From NCBI GenBank assembly GCA_963727235.1, contig CAVSFZ010000017.1:9407-73406 (forward strand): a stretch of DNA of 64,000 nt, given 5' to 3'. A model generated the notes under the pieces. That model was not told the DNA's origin. It saw only the letters and a program-made list of their open reading frames with translations, and ran no database searches. Below, piece after piece: positions 37,081-54,646 of this stretch. How positions within the stretch are numbered: the first letter of the stretch is position 1; each line of letters begins with the position of its first letter. The stretch comes from an uncultured Actinomycetes bacterium (GTDB taxonomy: Bacteria; Actinomycetota; Thermoleophilia; Gaiellales; JAICJC01). Made by a program: the position numbers and the translations under genes.

Positions 37081-37108
37081 GACGACCTCGGAACCCCCGG
37101 TGTTGGGG

Positions 37109-38050
37109 CTAGGCGCAATGGCTCGTCCAAGCTCGATCGAACTTGCCCCCGTAGTAGAAACTGAGATTAAGGCGACAGTGTGGGTGGAAGTAGTGATCGA
37201 CATACGTGCGAAGAAGTGCAACGACGCCCGCCGCCCCCGCCCCGCAGAGCACAGCGCCGGGGCCGAGTTCCATGCAGACAGCGGTTCCGACAACCACCGC
37301 AAGGGCGTACGATCCGTTCTTGAGAGCGACTTGGTCGAGTGGGGAGAGTTCCACAGTGAACGTCGTCCAGTGGAGGTGCACCGACGGGTCAGCTTTCACG
37401 GGGAACGCTGTCTGCGATGTGAAGTCAACCACCTGCACCACGGTGGTTCCGTTAACTTCGAAATGGGTCGGCACAGAGTTCCCATTTGCGTCCGTCGCCC
37501 ACGGGGCGTCGATCTTCCCAAGTTCGTTCCCAGTCGGGTCGAAGAGGACAAGGCTTCCGTCCGCCTGTTGATCGATCCGAGCGACATCGCCCGAGATCGG
37601 GAACGCATACCGCCGAGGTGCCGAGGCATCGTTGATGGACACGAGCGCACGCACTCCATCGGGGATCGCCTGAACGGCGAAGTCACTCGCGTCTGTCTGC
37701 CCGTCGTAAACGACCGTGCCTCCGACTTTGGTGGCAGATGCGTCGTCGGTGGGGAGTGAGAGGGACACCGATGTCCCGTCCCCGGATGCGGTCACCGCGT
37801 CGTCAGAATCCCGGGGAATCTCCAATGTCCCGCCGCCGACCGCAGCCGTGAAATCATCGGGCGTCGCCGAAACCGGGGCAGCCGCAACCCCACCCTGGTC
37901 AGCAACCGCGGCCGCAGTGTTCTCCTGGATCTCACGTGGACTGAGACCGGAAGTCTCCGCCACGGCTGAGCCGGGAACCAACGCAACCAGCCCGACTCCA
38001 AGAAGAATCGGTAGTACGAGGAGCCGTGGGGACGAGCATTTGATAGGCAT
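37109..38050 (-). CDS. secreted hypothetical protein (313 aa), Cys-containing C-terminal region
   Basis: Signal peptide MPIKCSSPRLLVLPILLGVGLVALVPGSAVA. A conserved-looking IDAPWATDANGNSVPTHFEV block. Four Cys in the last 60 aa. Local GC is visibly lower than the flanks. Confidence 0.6.
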   Translation of the reverse strand: MPIKCSSPRLLVLPILLGVGLVALVPGSAVAETSGLSPREIQENTAAAVADQGGVAAAPVSATPDDFTAAVGGGTLEIPRDSDDAVTASGDGTSVSLSLPTDDASATKVGGTVVYDGQTDASDFAVQAIPDGVRALVSINDASAPRRYAFPISGDVARIDQQADGSLVLFDPTGNELGKIDAPWATDANGNSVPTHFEVNGTTVVQVVDFTSQTAFPVKADPSVHLHWTTFTVELSPLDQVALKNGSYALAVVVGTAVCMELGPGAVLCGAGAAGVVALLRTYVDHYFHPHCRLNLSFYYGGKFDRAWTSHCA

Positions 38051-38057
38051 ACCCGTG

Positions 38058-38086
38058 ACACTATCTTCAGACTCAAATCACAGCAA
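38058..38086 (-). promoter_or_regulatory. candidate promoter TTGCTG-17-TAGTGT placed for a leaderless transcript of the secreted-protein gene
   Basis: Minus strand reads cTTGCTGtgatttgagtctgaagaTAGTGTcacgggtATG, with 7 nt between the -10 hexamer and the ATG at 38050. Confidence 0.35.
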
Positions 38087-38160
38087 GATCCTAGTGTAAC
38101 AGTAGTGTGACAACACCTGTCAGGGTCCGTATGGCTCGCAAACGGCAGCCTTCTGCAACG

Positions 38161-38189
38161 TGAATAACGGTGCCTGGCACCGTTATTCA
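38161..38189. repeat. palindromic repeat, copy d: TGAATAACGGTGCC-T-GGCACCGTTATTCA
   Basis: Perfect 14+14 nt palindrome. Confidence 0.9.
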
Positions 38190-38250
38190 GGTCGAGCGGT
38201 CGTGGCCATGGCAGGCGGTGGGGAGCGCTGCCCGGCGCCAGGGTGGAGCC

Positions 38251-38282
38251 TGAAGTAATTGGTGCCTGGCACCAATTATTCA
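38251..38282. repeat. palindromic repeat, copy e1: TGAAGTAATTGGTGCC-T-GGCACCAATTATTCA
   Basis: It has one extra G in the left arm and abuts copy e2. Confidence 0.9.
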
Positions 38283-38319
38283 GGGGTGAATAACGGTGCC
38301 TGGCACCGTTATTCACCCC
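38283..38319. repeat. palindromic repeat, copy e2 with GGGG/CCCC clamp: GGGGTGAATAACGGTGCC-T-GGCACCGTTATTCACCCC
   Basis: Perfect 18+18 nt palindrome ending 7 nt before the rpoC stop codon (38327-38329). Confidence 0.9.
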
Positions 38320-38326
38320 TTGCGTT

Positions 38327-42835
<4,509 letters not shown>

Positions 42836-42908
42836 CGGGGGACTCTCACTTTCCCTGGAATTGTGGTATCAGCAGTAGAGCTTCGAGATGTCGAGCGGAG
42901 GATCGGGG

Positions 42909-46526
<3,618 letters not shown>

Positions 46527-46689
46527 GGCGACGCCTCCCGCGGGGCATAAGTGGGTTAAAAAGGAACGATCCGGACCAACGGCGCAACCACAAACCCTAT
46601 CAGGGAGGGTCGATCCTCGCAAATGCGCACGGCTAAATCGGCCGCTTGCGGGAATTTTTGTGGTCTTCCGCAGCGACGTGCCTTGGCCC

Positions 46690-46717
46690 ACTATACCCAG
46701 GATGTCGCCCAGGTCAA
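46690..46717 (-). promoter_or_regulatory. candidate rpoBC promoter TTGACC-16-TATAGT
   Basis: Minus strand reads gcgcgcTTGACCtgggcgacatcctgggTATAGTggg. The -35 overlaps the stop codon of the upstream MFS gene. It implies a 5' UTR of about 155 nt. Confidence 0.5.
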
Positions 46718-47889
46718 GCGCGCGGACGAGTGAGCAGCGCCGCGGGCATCACCACGAAAACGCCGAACAGGCCCGCCATCGCGATCACCACACGGGGCGA
46801 CCACTGCTCCGCCAGCGCGCCCCCGCCGATCGCCCCGAGGGTCGTGGCCACCGCACCCAGAGACATCAAAAGCGCGATCGTACCGGCCCGTTCCGCGGGG
46901 GGCGTCTCACGCTGCAGCACCGAGCGGTTGTGCACCAGCACGATCCCGTTGGCGATGCCGAAGGCAAAGAAGCTCGCGATGGCCACACCCAGGTGGCCCG
47001 CCAGCCCGGCCACGATCGTGCAGATCCCTCCGATGCCGATGATGGCGGGATAGCGCCGGCCCAGCGTCTTACCCCGCTTCCCGGCCAAGAGGCTGCCGCC
47101 CAGGATGCCCACCTGCATGACCGCCACCGCGATCCCGACCACCGCGGCCGACGCTCCCAGCGAGCCCAGGAACAGCGGCACCTCGAGGGCGTTGATCACA
47201 CCGCCCATGACCAGCATCAGCGGCGCCGCGACCGCCACCTGCAGCAGCGCCGGCGCCCGCACCACCGTGCGGAAGCTGCGCCGGATGTGCGTGAGCACGC
47301 TGGCGACCGGACCGGTGGCGGCCGCCACGATCAGCGATCGGCAGCCCCACAGCAGCAGCGCCGAGAACAGGAACGTGACGGCGTTTCCCACCAGCACCGC
47401 GCCCGCGCCCACCAGCGTCAAGGCGATGCCGCTGATCGCCTGGCCCAAGGTGGTCATGAAAGTGTCGGCCGCCGTCAGCGCGCCGTTGGCGGCATCCAGC
47501 TCCCGCTCTTCCACCAGCACCGGCACGGACGCCAGAGCCACCGGCCGAAACACGCCCGCGGCCGCTCCGGCGACGGTCGCCAGCGCGATCACCGCGGCCG
47601 GCTGGTGCACCGCCGCCAGTGCCACGAAACACGCGGCACACACCAGGTCGGAGATCACCAGCGCCCGGCGGGGAGGAAGCCGGTCGAGCCGGCCGGCGAA
47701 CAGCACGCCGATCACAACCGCCGGCGCGAACTCGGCCACGAACAGCGCCGACACCCACTCCGGCGAGCCGGTATCGCGGAACATCCGAACCGACAGGGTG
47801 ATGGCCGCCGCCCACGTGCCGAAGACGCTGATGGCGGTCGCCAGCCACAGCCGGCGGAAGTCCGCCCCGGGAGGGAGCAGGGAGCTCAT
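46714..47889 (-). CDS. MFS transporter
   Basis: 391 aa with about 12 hydrophobic segments, and a typical MFS loop ([13 protein letters not shown]). Confidence 0.8.
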   Translation of the reverse strand: MSSLLPPGADFRRLWLATAISVFGTWAAAITLSVRMFRDTGSPEWVSALFVAEFAPAVVIGVLFAGRLDRLPPRRALVISDLVCAACFVALAAVHQPAAVIALATVAGAAAGVFRPVALASVPVLVEERELDAANGALTAADTFMTTLGQAISGIALTLVGAGAVLVGNAVTFLFSALLLWGCRSLIVAAATGPVASVLTHIRRSFRTVVRAPALLQVAVAAPLMLVMGGVINALEVPLFLGSLGASAAVVGIAVAVMQVGILGGSLLAGKRGKTLGRRYPAIIGIGGICTIVAGLAGHLGVAIASFFAFGIANGIVLVHNRSVLQRETPPAERAGTIALLMSLGAVATTLGAIGGGALAEQWSPRVVIAMAGLFGVFVVMPAALLTRPRA

Positions 47890-47946
47890 GGTCTGGCGTG
47901 TATATCCGCGCGGACAGCGCCGGTCAACACCGCGGCGCCCGCAGCG

Positions 47947-49011
47947 CTACGCGGCGGGGGCTCCCGCGCCGGTCATCGCGGGCGTGTGTTGGAGGGGGTG
48001 GTGACAGGCCGCGAAGTGTCCGCCCCCGTGGTGCTTGAGCTCGGGCTCGTCGGTGGTGCAGACCTCGGTGGCGTAGCGGCAGCGAGGGTGGAAGCGGCAA
48101 CCCGAGGGTGGGTTGATGGGGCTGGGTACATCTCCGGTGAGCACGATCCGCTCGCGTTTGGCGGCGATCGCCAGGTCGGGGATCGGCACGGCCGAGAGCA
48201 GCGCCTCGGTGTAGGGGTGGATGGGGCGCTGGTAGAGCTCCTCGGCCGGCGAGATCTCGGCGATCTTGCCGAGGTACATGACCACGATGCGGTCGGAGAC
48301 ATGGCGCACGACCGACAGGTCGTGGGCAATGAACAGATAGGTCAGCCCCAGGTTGTCCTGGAGGTCGTCGAGCAGGTTCACGACCTGGGCCTGGATCGAC
48401 ACGTCGAGGGCCGAGACCGGCTCGTCGGCGACGATCATCTTGGGGTTGAGCGCGAGCGCGCGGGCGACGCCGATGCGCTGGCGCTGGCCGCCGGAGAACT
48501 CGTGGGGGTAGCGGTTGTAGTGCTCGGGGTTGAGTCCCACCAGGCCCAGCAGCTCCTGCACTTTGGTCTTGATCGCCTTGCGGTCGCCCTGGTTATGGAT
48601 CTTCAGCGGATCGGCGATGATCGTGCCGACGCGCTTGCGCGGGTTCAGCGAGGCGTAGGGATCCTGGAAGATCATCTGCATCTCGCGTCGCAGCGGCCGC
48701 ATATCGCGGCGCGACAGGTTGGAGATGTCCTTGCCGTCGAAGATCACGCTGCCCGCGGTCAGGTCGTGCAGCCGGATCGCGCATCGCCCCAGCGTGGACT
48801 TGCCACAGCCCGACTCGCCCACCAGCCCGACCGTCTCTCCCGGAAAGACGTCGAAGCTGACGTCATCGACAGCGTGCACCCGCGCCACCTCATGCTGGAA
48901 CACGACCCCCTGCTTGATCGGGAAGTACTTCTTGAGGTGTTCGATGCGAAGCAGCGGATCGCCTGTGGGCGCGGCCTCGGGCTGGGGCGCAGGTGCCTCG
49001 GTAGCGCTCAT
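47947..49011 (-). CDS. oligopeptide/dipeptide ABC transporter ATP-binding protein (OppF/DppF type)
   Basis: [35 protein letters not shown], and a C-terminal Cys cluster [15 protein letters not shown]. Confidence 0.9.
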   Translation of the reverse strand: MSATEAPAPQPEAAPTGDPLLRIEHLKKYFPIKQGVVFQHEVARVHAVDDVSFDVFPGETVGLVGESGCGKSTLGRCAIRLHDLTAGSVIFDGKDISNLSRRDMRPLRREMQMIFQDPYASLNPRKRVGTIIADPLKIHNQGDRKAIKTKVQELLGLVGLNPEHYNRYPHEFSGGQRQRIGVARALALNPKMIVADEPVSALDVSIQAQVVNLLDDLQDNLGLTYLFIAHDLSVVRHVSDRIVVMYLGKIAEISPAEELYQRPIHPYTEALLSAVPIPDLAIAAKRERIVLTGDVPSPINPPSGCRFHPRCRYATEVCTTDEPELKHHGGGHFAACHHPLQHTPAMTGAGAPAA

Positions 49012-50039
49012 GCGGCCCCCTCGGCCAACGCCGGATTGATGTCGGCGGTGCGAAGCTCTCGCTTCTGCTCGACCGTCAGGTGGCAGGCGTCCAGGTGACC
49101 GCCGGCGACCTTGTCGGTGAGGTTGGGGTCATCGGTCAGGCAGCGATCGAACTTGTGCCGGCAGCGGGGCGCGAAATGGCACCCGTCCGGCAGGTTCACA
49201 AGCGACGGCGGGTTGCCCGGAATCGCGGTCAACCGCTTCGGCCGAGGCCGATCCAGCCGCGGAATCGACCCCAGAAGCCCCCACGTGTAGGGATGCTGGG
49301 GATCGTCGAACACCTCCTGCTTGGTGCCGTGCTCCACCACCCGACCTGCATACATCACGATCACGCGATCGGCCACCTCGGCCACCACCCCCATGTCATG
49401 GGTGATCAACACCACCGCAGAGTTGAACTCCGACTTCAGCCGCGCGATCACTTCCAGAATCTGCGCCTGGATGGTCACGTCCAAGGCCGTGGTGGGCTCG
49501 TCGGCAATCAGCAGGTCGGGGTTACACGAAAGCGCCATCGCGATCATCACCCGCTGGCGCATACCCCCCGAGAACTGATGCGGATACTCATCCACCCGCA
49601 CCTCCGGATTGGGAATCCCCACCGCCCGCAACAGCTCGACCGTGCGACCCCGGGCCTGCTTGTCGGAAAGCGACTCGTGCGCCTGCAGCTGCTCCGAGAT
49701 CTGCCAACCCACCTTGTACACCGGGTTCAGCGACGTCATCGGGTCCTGAAAGATCATCGCCATCTCCGCCCCGCGGATGTCCTGCATGCGCGACTCGGTG
49801 GCAGTCATCAGATCGGCGCCCTTGTACAACACCTCACCCTCGAACACGGCATTGGGGTCGTTGATCAGCCGCATCACCGACATCATCGTCACGCTCTTAC
49901 CCGACCCCGACTCACCCACGATCCCCAACACCTCACCCGGATCCACCGAAAACGACAAGCCGTCCACCGCCCGCACCAACCCATCCTCCGTGCGAAAGGT
50001 GACCTTCAGATCTCTGACATCCAACAGGGGCTCAGCCAT
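49008..50039 (-). CDS. oligopeptide/dipeptide ABC transporter ATP-binding protein (OppD/DppD type)
   Basis: Start is trimmed to the ATG at 50039 ([15 protein letters not shown]). [23 protein letters not shown], and [15 protein letters not shown]. Confidence 0.9.
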   Translation of the reverse strand: MAEPLLDVRDLKVTFRTEDGLVRAVDGLSFSVDPGEVLGIVGESGSGKSVTMMSVMRLINDPNAVFEGEVLYKGADLMTATESRMQDIRGAEMAMIFQDPMTSLNPVYKVGWQISEQLQAHESLSDKQARGRTVELLRAVGIPNPEVRVDEYPHQFSGGMRQRVMIAMALSCNPDLLIADEPTTALDVTIQAQILEVIARLKSEFNSAVVLITHDMGVVAEVADRVIVMYAGRVVEHGTKQEVFDDPQHPYTWGLLGSIPRLDRPRPKRLTAIPGNPPSLVNLPDGCHFAPRCRHKFDRCLTDDPNLTDKVAGGHLDACHLTVEQKRELRTADINPALAEGAA

Positions 50040-50046
50040 GGGGTTC

Positions 50047-51015
50047 CTAGTGCGGTCGCAACCGCGGATCGAGGTATACGTACCCGACATCGACGATCGC
50101 ATTTGCGAGCACGATGAAGAAGGCACCGTAGATCACCGTGCCCATGATCACAGGAAGATCGAGTCCGATCAACGCGTTATACGTGAGCCGCCCGACGCCG
50201 GGCAGCCCGAACACGACCTCGGTGAGCAGCGCCGCCCCGCCGACCAGTGCGCCGAAATCGAGCCCGAACAGGCTGATGAAGACGACCATCGAGTTGCGCA
50301 GCTGGTGGCGGGTCATGACCCGCTTGCCGTCGAGCCCCTTGGCCCGAGCGGTGCGCACGAAATCGTTGTTCTCGCTCTCAACCAGGTCGGAGCGAAGCAC
50401 GCGCCCGTAGAAGCCGATGTAGAGCACCGCCAGCACGATCCACGGAATAACCAGGTGCTTGAACCACAGGAACGGGTCTTGGGTGAGCGGCGTGTAGCCC
50501 AGCGGCGGCACCCAGCTGAACAGGAAGGTGTCGTGGTACCGGCTCTGGGTGATCAGGTTGGCGACCTCGCCCAGCCAGAAGACCGGCATCGAGATCCCGA
50601 TCAGGGCGATGATCATGAGTAACGGGTCCCAGAAGGTGCCGCGTTTGACCGCCGCGACCACCCCCACCAGGATTGCCATCGTCACCCACAGGAAGGCGGC
50701 TCCGAACACCAGCGAGAGCGTCACCGGAGTGGCCGCCCAGATCGCGGGGACGACCTCGGTGCGCGTGCTGTACGAGATCAGATCGCGCTTGACGAACAGG
50801 TGGTTCATCATCAGCACGTACTGCACCGGCAGCGGGCGATCGAGACCGAACTCCTTGCGGATCGACCTGATCGTCTGAGGGCTGGGATTCTTGCCGGCCA
50901 TCTGGCGGGCCGGATCGACTCCCGGGATGTGGAAGAAGATCAAGAACACCAGCACCGAGATCACGAACATCACCAGGAACATCCAGAGGGTGCGGCGGAT
51001 GATGAACGTGCCCAC
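50047..51015 (-). CDS. peptide ABC transporter permease (OppB/DppB type)
   Basis: MGTFIIRRTLWMFLVMFVISVLVFLIF and an EAA-like loop DFVRTARAKGL. Confidence 0.9.
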   Translation of the reverse strand: MGTFIIRRTLWMFLVMFVISVLVFLIFFHIPGVDPARQMAGKNPSPQTIRSIRKEFGLDRPLPVQYVLMMNHLFVKRDLISYSTRTEVVPAIWAATPVTLSLVFGAAFLWVTMAILVGVVAAVKRGTFWDPLLMIIALIGISMPVFWLGEVANLITQSRYHDTFLFSWVPPLGYTPLTQDPFLWFKHLVIPWIVLAVLYIGFYGRVLRSDLVESENNDFVRTARAKGLDGKRVMTRHQLRNSMVVFISLFGLDFGALVGGAALLTEVVFGLPGVGRLTYNALIGLDLPVIMGTVIYGAFFIVLANAIVDVGYVYLDPRLRPH

Positions 51016-51018
51016 CGG

Positions 51019-52053
51019 CTACCCCTCCGACCGCAGCTTGGCCCGCGGATCCAGCGCGTCGCGCACGCCGTCTCCGACCACGTTCAGCGTTAGCACCGTG
51101 AACAGGATCATCAGACCGGGGGCGATCGAGACCAGCGGCCGGGTGTAGAGCAGCCCCTGGCCGTCGTCGATCAGGGTGCCCCAGCTGGCATTGGGGGCCT
51201 GCACGCCGATCCCCAGGAACGACAGCGCCGACTCGGTGAGCACATTGGTGGCCACGATCAGCGGCAGGAACACGATCACGATCGTGATCACGTTGGGCAG
51301 GATCTCCGCCAGCATCAGCCGCCAGGTGGAGGCGCCCTGGGCGACCGCCGCCTCCACGAACTCCTGCTCACACACCGACAGCACCTCGCCGCGCACCGGT
51401 CTGGCCACGTACGGGATGTACACGACCCCGATGATCAGGATCGGTATCCAAAGACTTGCGGGATCGATCGCCACCGGCCCCAGCGAGATCCCCTGCACCA
51501 GCAATGCGGTCGACAGCGCGATCGCCAGCAGATACACCGGAAACGCCCAGATCACGTCCAGCGAGCGCGAGATCAGCGAGTCGGTCAACCCTCCGAAGAA
51601 CCCTGCCAGGACACCCAGGATGATCGCCGCGGTGCAAGTCAGCACGGCGGATGCGATGCCGATGATCAGCGACGCCCGGCCACCGTAGAGAACGCGGGCC
51701 GCGACATCTCTGCCCTGCGCGTCAGCGCCGAGGAAGTAGTGACGCGTCCAGGTCGGCTTCAGCGGTGAGGTGCCGAAACCCGAGGGGTTTGTGGCCAGCA
51801 CCGCCGTCTTCTTGCCGTTCACGGTGGTGTAGCCGTTGATGTTCGACGAGAACGGGTCGGTGTCGGCGATGTGGTTGGCATACAACGGCGCCGCGAAGCA
51901 CGACACCACGATCACCACGAACAACCCCAGGCTGACCATGGCGATGCGGTTGCGGCGAAAACGCTTCCACGCCAGCGCCCACGGTCCTTTGCCCGACTCG
52001 GCGGTGGTATCAACCCGCGCCTCTTCGGGGAGCTCTAGTGCTTGCTCGACCAT
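51019..52053 (-). CDS. peptide ABC transporter permease (OppC/DppC type)
   Basis: WALAWKRFRRNRIAMVSLGLFVVIVV and FVEAAVAQGAS. Confidence 0.9.
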   Translation of the reverse strand: MVEQALELPEEARVDTTAESGKGPWALAWKRFRRNRIAMVSLGLFVVIVVSCFAAPLYANHIADTDPFSSNINGYTTVNGKKTAVLATNPSGFGTSPLKPTWTRHYFLGADAQGRDVAARVLYGGRASLIIGIASAVLTCTAAIILGVLAGFFGGLTDSLISRSLDVIWAFPVYLLAIALSTALLVQGISLGPVAIDPASLWIPILIIGVVYIPYVARPVRGEVLSVCEQEFVEAAVAQGASTWRLMLAEILPNVITIVIVFLPLIVATNVLTESALSFLGIGVQAPNASWGTLIDDGQGLLYTRPLVSIAPGLMILFTVLTLNVVGDGVRDALDPRAKLRSEG

Positions 52054-52075
52054 GACACTGTCATATCAGATACCC

Positions 52076-52105
52076 AGAGGGCCGGGGGATCAACCCCGGC
52101 CCTCT
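52076..52105 (-). terminator. 12-bp GC-rich hairpin between the binding-protein and permease genes (partial terminator/processing-protection stem)
   Basis: AGAGGGCCGGGG (52076-52087) pairs with CCCCGGCCCTCT (52094-52105) around a 6-nt loop. No clear U-tract. Confidence 0.4.
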
Positions 52106-52135
52106 TCGGGCTACTCGCCGCGAGGGCGAATACGG

Positions 52136-53851
52136 TCATTGCACCTGCAACTGGTCAAGCAGGATGAACCACTGAGTGCTGTACTTGTAGTTCTGTACCC
52201 GCTTGGACAGGAAGTCGACCCACGAGGCGTTGAACATCGAAGCCCAAGGCGCATCGTCGGTGATCATCCGGTCGGCCTCCGCCCACGTCTTGTTGGCGGC
52301 GGTGGTGTCGGTGAGCTGCTGAGTCAACGCTGTTGAGATCAGCTTGTCTACGTCCTTGTTGCAGTACTCCGCATCGTTGGAGTTGGACGTGCTCTTCGGA
52401 ATGAACGAATCGCACGACAGCAACTGGTTGATGAAGTTGGACGCGCTGGGATAGTCGGGATACCAGTCGTCCCACATGATCTGGGTCTTGTTCTTCGAGT
52501 CCTCGATCGTGTCGAAGTACACACTCCGGTCGAGTGACTTGATGCTCGTGTCGTACCCAAGCTGCTTGAGCAGCGACACGAAGTAGAGGCCCACGGCCTT
52601 GGACTGATCAGACGTGTTCGTCCACACGGTCACCTTCATGCCCTTGGTGCCCGAGGAGTCGATCAGCTGCTGTGCCTTGGCCATGTCGGGGCCGGTCCAC
52701 GGGCCCTTGCCGTCAGCCGCCGGATTGGCGGTATACGGGCAGTACTGCTCGTATCCGTTGAATCCCGGCGGTACCACCTGACAGGTGGTGGCAGCGAGCT
52801 TGGGACCGCCGTAGGCCTTCACGATCGCGTTTCGATCCATCGCGAAGTTGACGGCCTTGCGCACGTCCGGATTGTCGAACGGCGCGACCCGCGTGTTGAG
52901 GTCCATCCAGTACGTGGACGGGCCGGCATGCACGTGGAACTGGTCGGCATACTGCGTGGCGACCTGGTTGAGACGGTCAGCAGGCGGTACCTCGTACATC
53001 CAGTCGGCGGTGCCGTTCTCGATGTTGGTGGTCATGGCCTCGCCGCCCAGCCCGAGCTGCCAGCTGATGGTGTCGGGGTAGCCCTGCGGCTGTGCCTCGG
53101 GTGCCCACACCTTGAAGTTCGGGTTGCGCTCGAGCGTCAAGGAGTTCTCGGCCTTGTACGAGGTGATCATGTACGGGCCGGTGCCGGGCAGGCTCTGGGT
53201 GGTAGCCGGCTTGATCGGCGTGTTCGGCGGCAATGCATATGCAAACGGCATGGCCAGCTTGAACAGGAAGTCGCCGTCGGGCTTGGTCAGGTGGAACGTG
53301 ACCGTGCCGGCCGAGTCGTCGGCCTCGATGCCCTTGGACAGATCACAGGTCTTGGGGGTGTTGATGCAGGCGTCGTAGCCTTCCAGGTTCGTCCAGTAGA
53401 ACGTGCCCGCGCCGTTGACCTTGAAGCTGCGCTCGAAGGCGAACGTGAAGTCACTCGGCTTCACGGTGGCGCCGTTGGAATACTTGATTCCGGGGCGCAC
53501 ATGGAAGACGTACTTGAGCCCACCGTCCTCCGGCTTGGCGATCGCCGTTGCCAGGTCGGGAACGAGCTGAGTTGATTCAGGCCCCTCGGTGATGTGGAAC
53601 GCCACAAGCCCGTCGTCAGTCGTGATCAGGCTCTGCCACGCCTCAACGGTGTAGGCGAGAGCGGGATCGATGTAGTCCGGGCTACCGGTTGCCTGCAGCT
53701 TCAGGGTGCCGCCCATGTGCGACGCACCTGTGCCTGAGGTTGCAGGTGCGCTGGAACTGCTCGAACTCGAGCTTCCGCCGCAGCCCACAGCTGCAACGGT
53801 GGCTGCGAGAACCGCCAGCGTCAAGCCGGCACGTCTCAAAAACCTCTCCAT
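52136..53851 (-). CDS. ABC transporter substrate-binding lipoprotein, family 5 (peptide/nickel type)
   Basis: Start is trimmed to the ATG at 53851, with GGAGG 4 nt upstream. Lipobox [20 protein letters not shown]. Length and composition are typical of Opp/Dpp/MppA-like binding proteins. Confidence 0.85.
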   Translation of the reverse strand: MERFLRRAGLTLAVLAATVAAVGCGGSSSSSSSSAPATSGTGASHMGGTLKLQATGSPDYIDPALAYTVEAWQSLITTDDGLVAFHITEGPESTQLVPDLATAIAKPEDGGLKYVFHVRPGIKYSNGATVKPSDFTFAFERSFKVNGAGTFYWTNLEGYDACINTPKTCDLSKGIEADDSAGTVTFHLTKPDGDFLFKLAMPFAYALPPNTPIKPATTQSLPGTGPYMITSYKAENSLTLERNPNFKVWAPEAQPQGYPDTISWQLGLGGEAMTTNIENGTADWMYEVPPADRLNQVATQYADQFHVHAGPSTYWMDLNTRVAPFDNPDVRKAVNFAMDRNAIVKAYGGPKLAATTCQVVPPGFNGYEQYCPYTANPAADGKGPWTGPDMAKAQQLIDSSGTKGMKVTVWTNTSDQSKAVGLYFVSLLKQLGYDTSIKSLDRSVYFDTIEDSKNKTQIMWDDWYPDYPSASNFINQLLSCDSFIPKSTSNSNDAEYCNKDVDKLISTALTQQLTDTTAANKTWAEADRMITDDAPWASMFNASWVDFLSKRVQNYKYSTQWFILLDQLQVQ

Positions 53852-53927
53852 GTGACCTCCACTAGGTGTACAACGAAATCTCCGGAGAGATACGACGTTG
53901 CAGTCGGTGAATAGTTGGTGAACGATT

Positions 53928-54584
53928 TCAAACGGTGGAGCAATCTTCAAGTGCGGCGGCCGCCACCCGGGCCAGGCCGTCGGGCGCCGCGGCCGGGCTG
54001 CTCATGACCGCAAGCGCCGTCACCCGATCGCCCTGTCGCACCAGCGCGGCGTCGTGACGCACCTCCGCCAGGTCGCCCTGCTTGCACGCGACCGCGGTCG
54101 CCCCCGGAGGCAGATAGCGGGGGATGATGTCGCGATGCTGGCTGCGACCGAGACCGCCCAGCACGCGCTCGCAGACACGCTGATCGAGCTTAGCTGCGCC
54201 GTCGAGCGCCGCCATCAGACGCGCCAGGTCTTCGGCGCAGGTGGTGTTGTCGCTGCCCGAAGCGGCCGCCTCGAAGTCGAGCATGCGGCGGCGAACGACG
54301 GTGTGGCGCAGGCCGAGCCGATCTGAGACCGCGTTCACGGCTGCCATCCCGAGGCGATCGATGATCGCATTGGTGGCGGTGTTGTCCGAGACGCTCAGCA
54401 TCAGCAGATCGAGATCGCCCAGGGTGAGTTCGGTTTCGGGGTCGAACCCCGGCACCAGCGCCTCGGGATCTGCCGTGGTCATCTCGGCCACCGGCACGCG
54501 TGCCGTCGACTCCAACCGACCGGCAACCACCGCCTCCCACAACGCGACCGAGATCAGCACCTTGACGGTGCTCGCGGCCGGCAT
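53928..54584 (-). CDS. class A beta-lactamase-related serine hydrolase (N-terminus unresolved, no signal peptide)
   Basis: The SxxK active-site motif ASTVK is only 5 residues after the first ATG. SDN loop LSVSDNTATN. A KQG variant replaces KTG. The in-frame upstream codons (LIAWCAIDVRSGRTIGRNHTQT) look like genuine N-terminal sequence but lack an ATG or GTG. Confidence 0.6.
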   Translation of the reverse strand: MPAASTVKVLISVALWEAVVAGRLESTARVPVAEMTTADPEALVPGFDPETELTLGDLDLLMLSVSDNTATNAIIDRLGMAAVNAVSDRLGLRHTVVRRRMLDFEAAASGSDNTTCAEDLARLMAALDGAAKLDQRVCERVLGGLGRSQHRDIIPRYLPPGATAVACKQGDLAEVRHDAALVRQGDRVTALAVMSSPAAAPDGLARVAAAALEDCSTV

Positions 54585-54646
54585 CGTCTGCGTGTGGTTG
54601 CGTCCGATCGTTCGCCCGGAGCGAACGTCGATCGCACACCACGCGA

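Noticed and set aside
38161-38319. Three similar ~30-bp repeats close together could be mistaken for a mini CRISPR array.
   Set aside because: The repeats are fully palindromic and differ from each other. Two are directly adjacent with no spacer and the third is 61 bp away. There are no cas genes or leader. Identical units occur singly elsewhere in the window.
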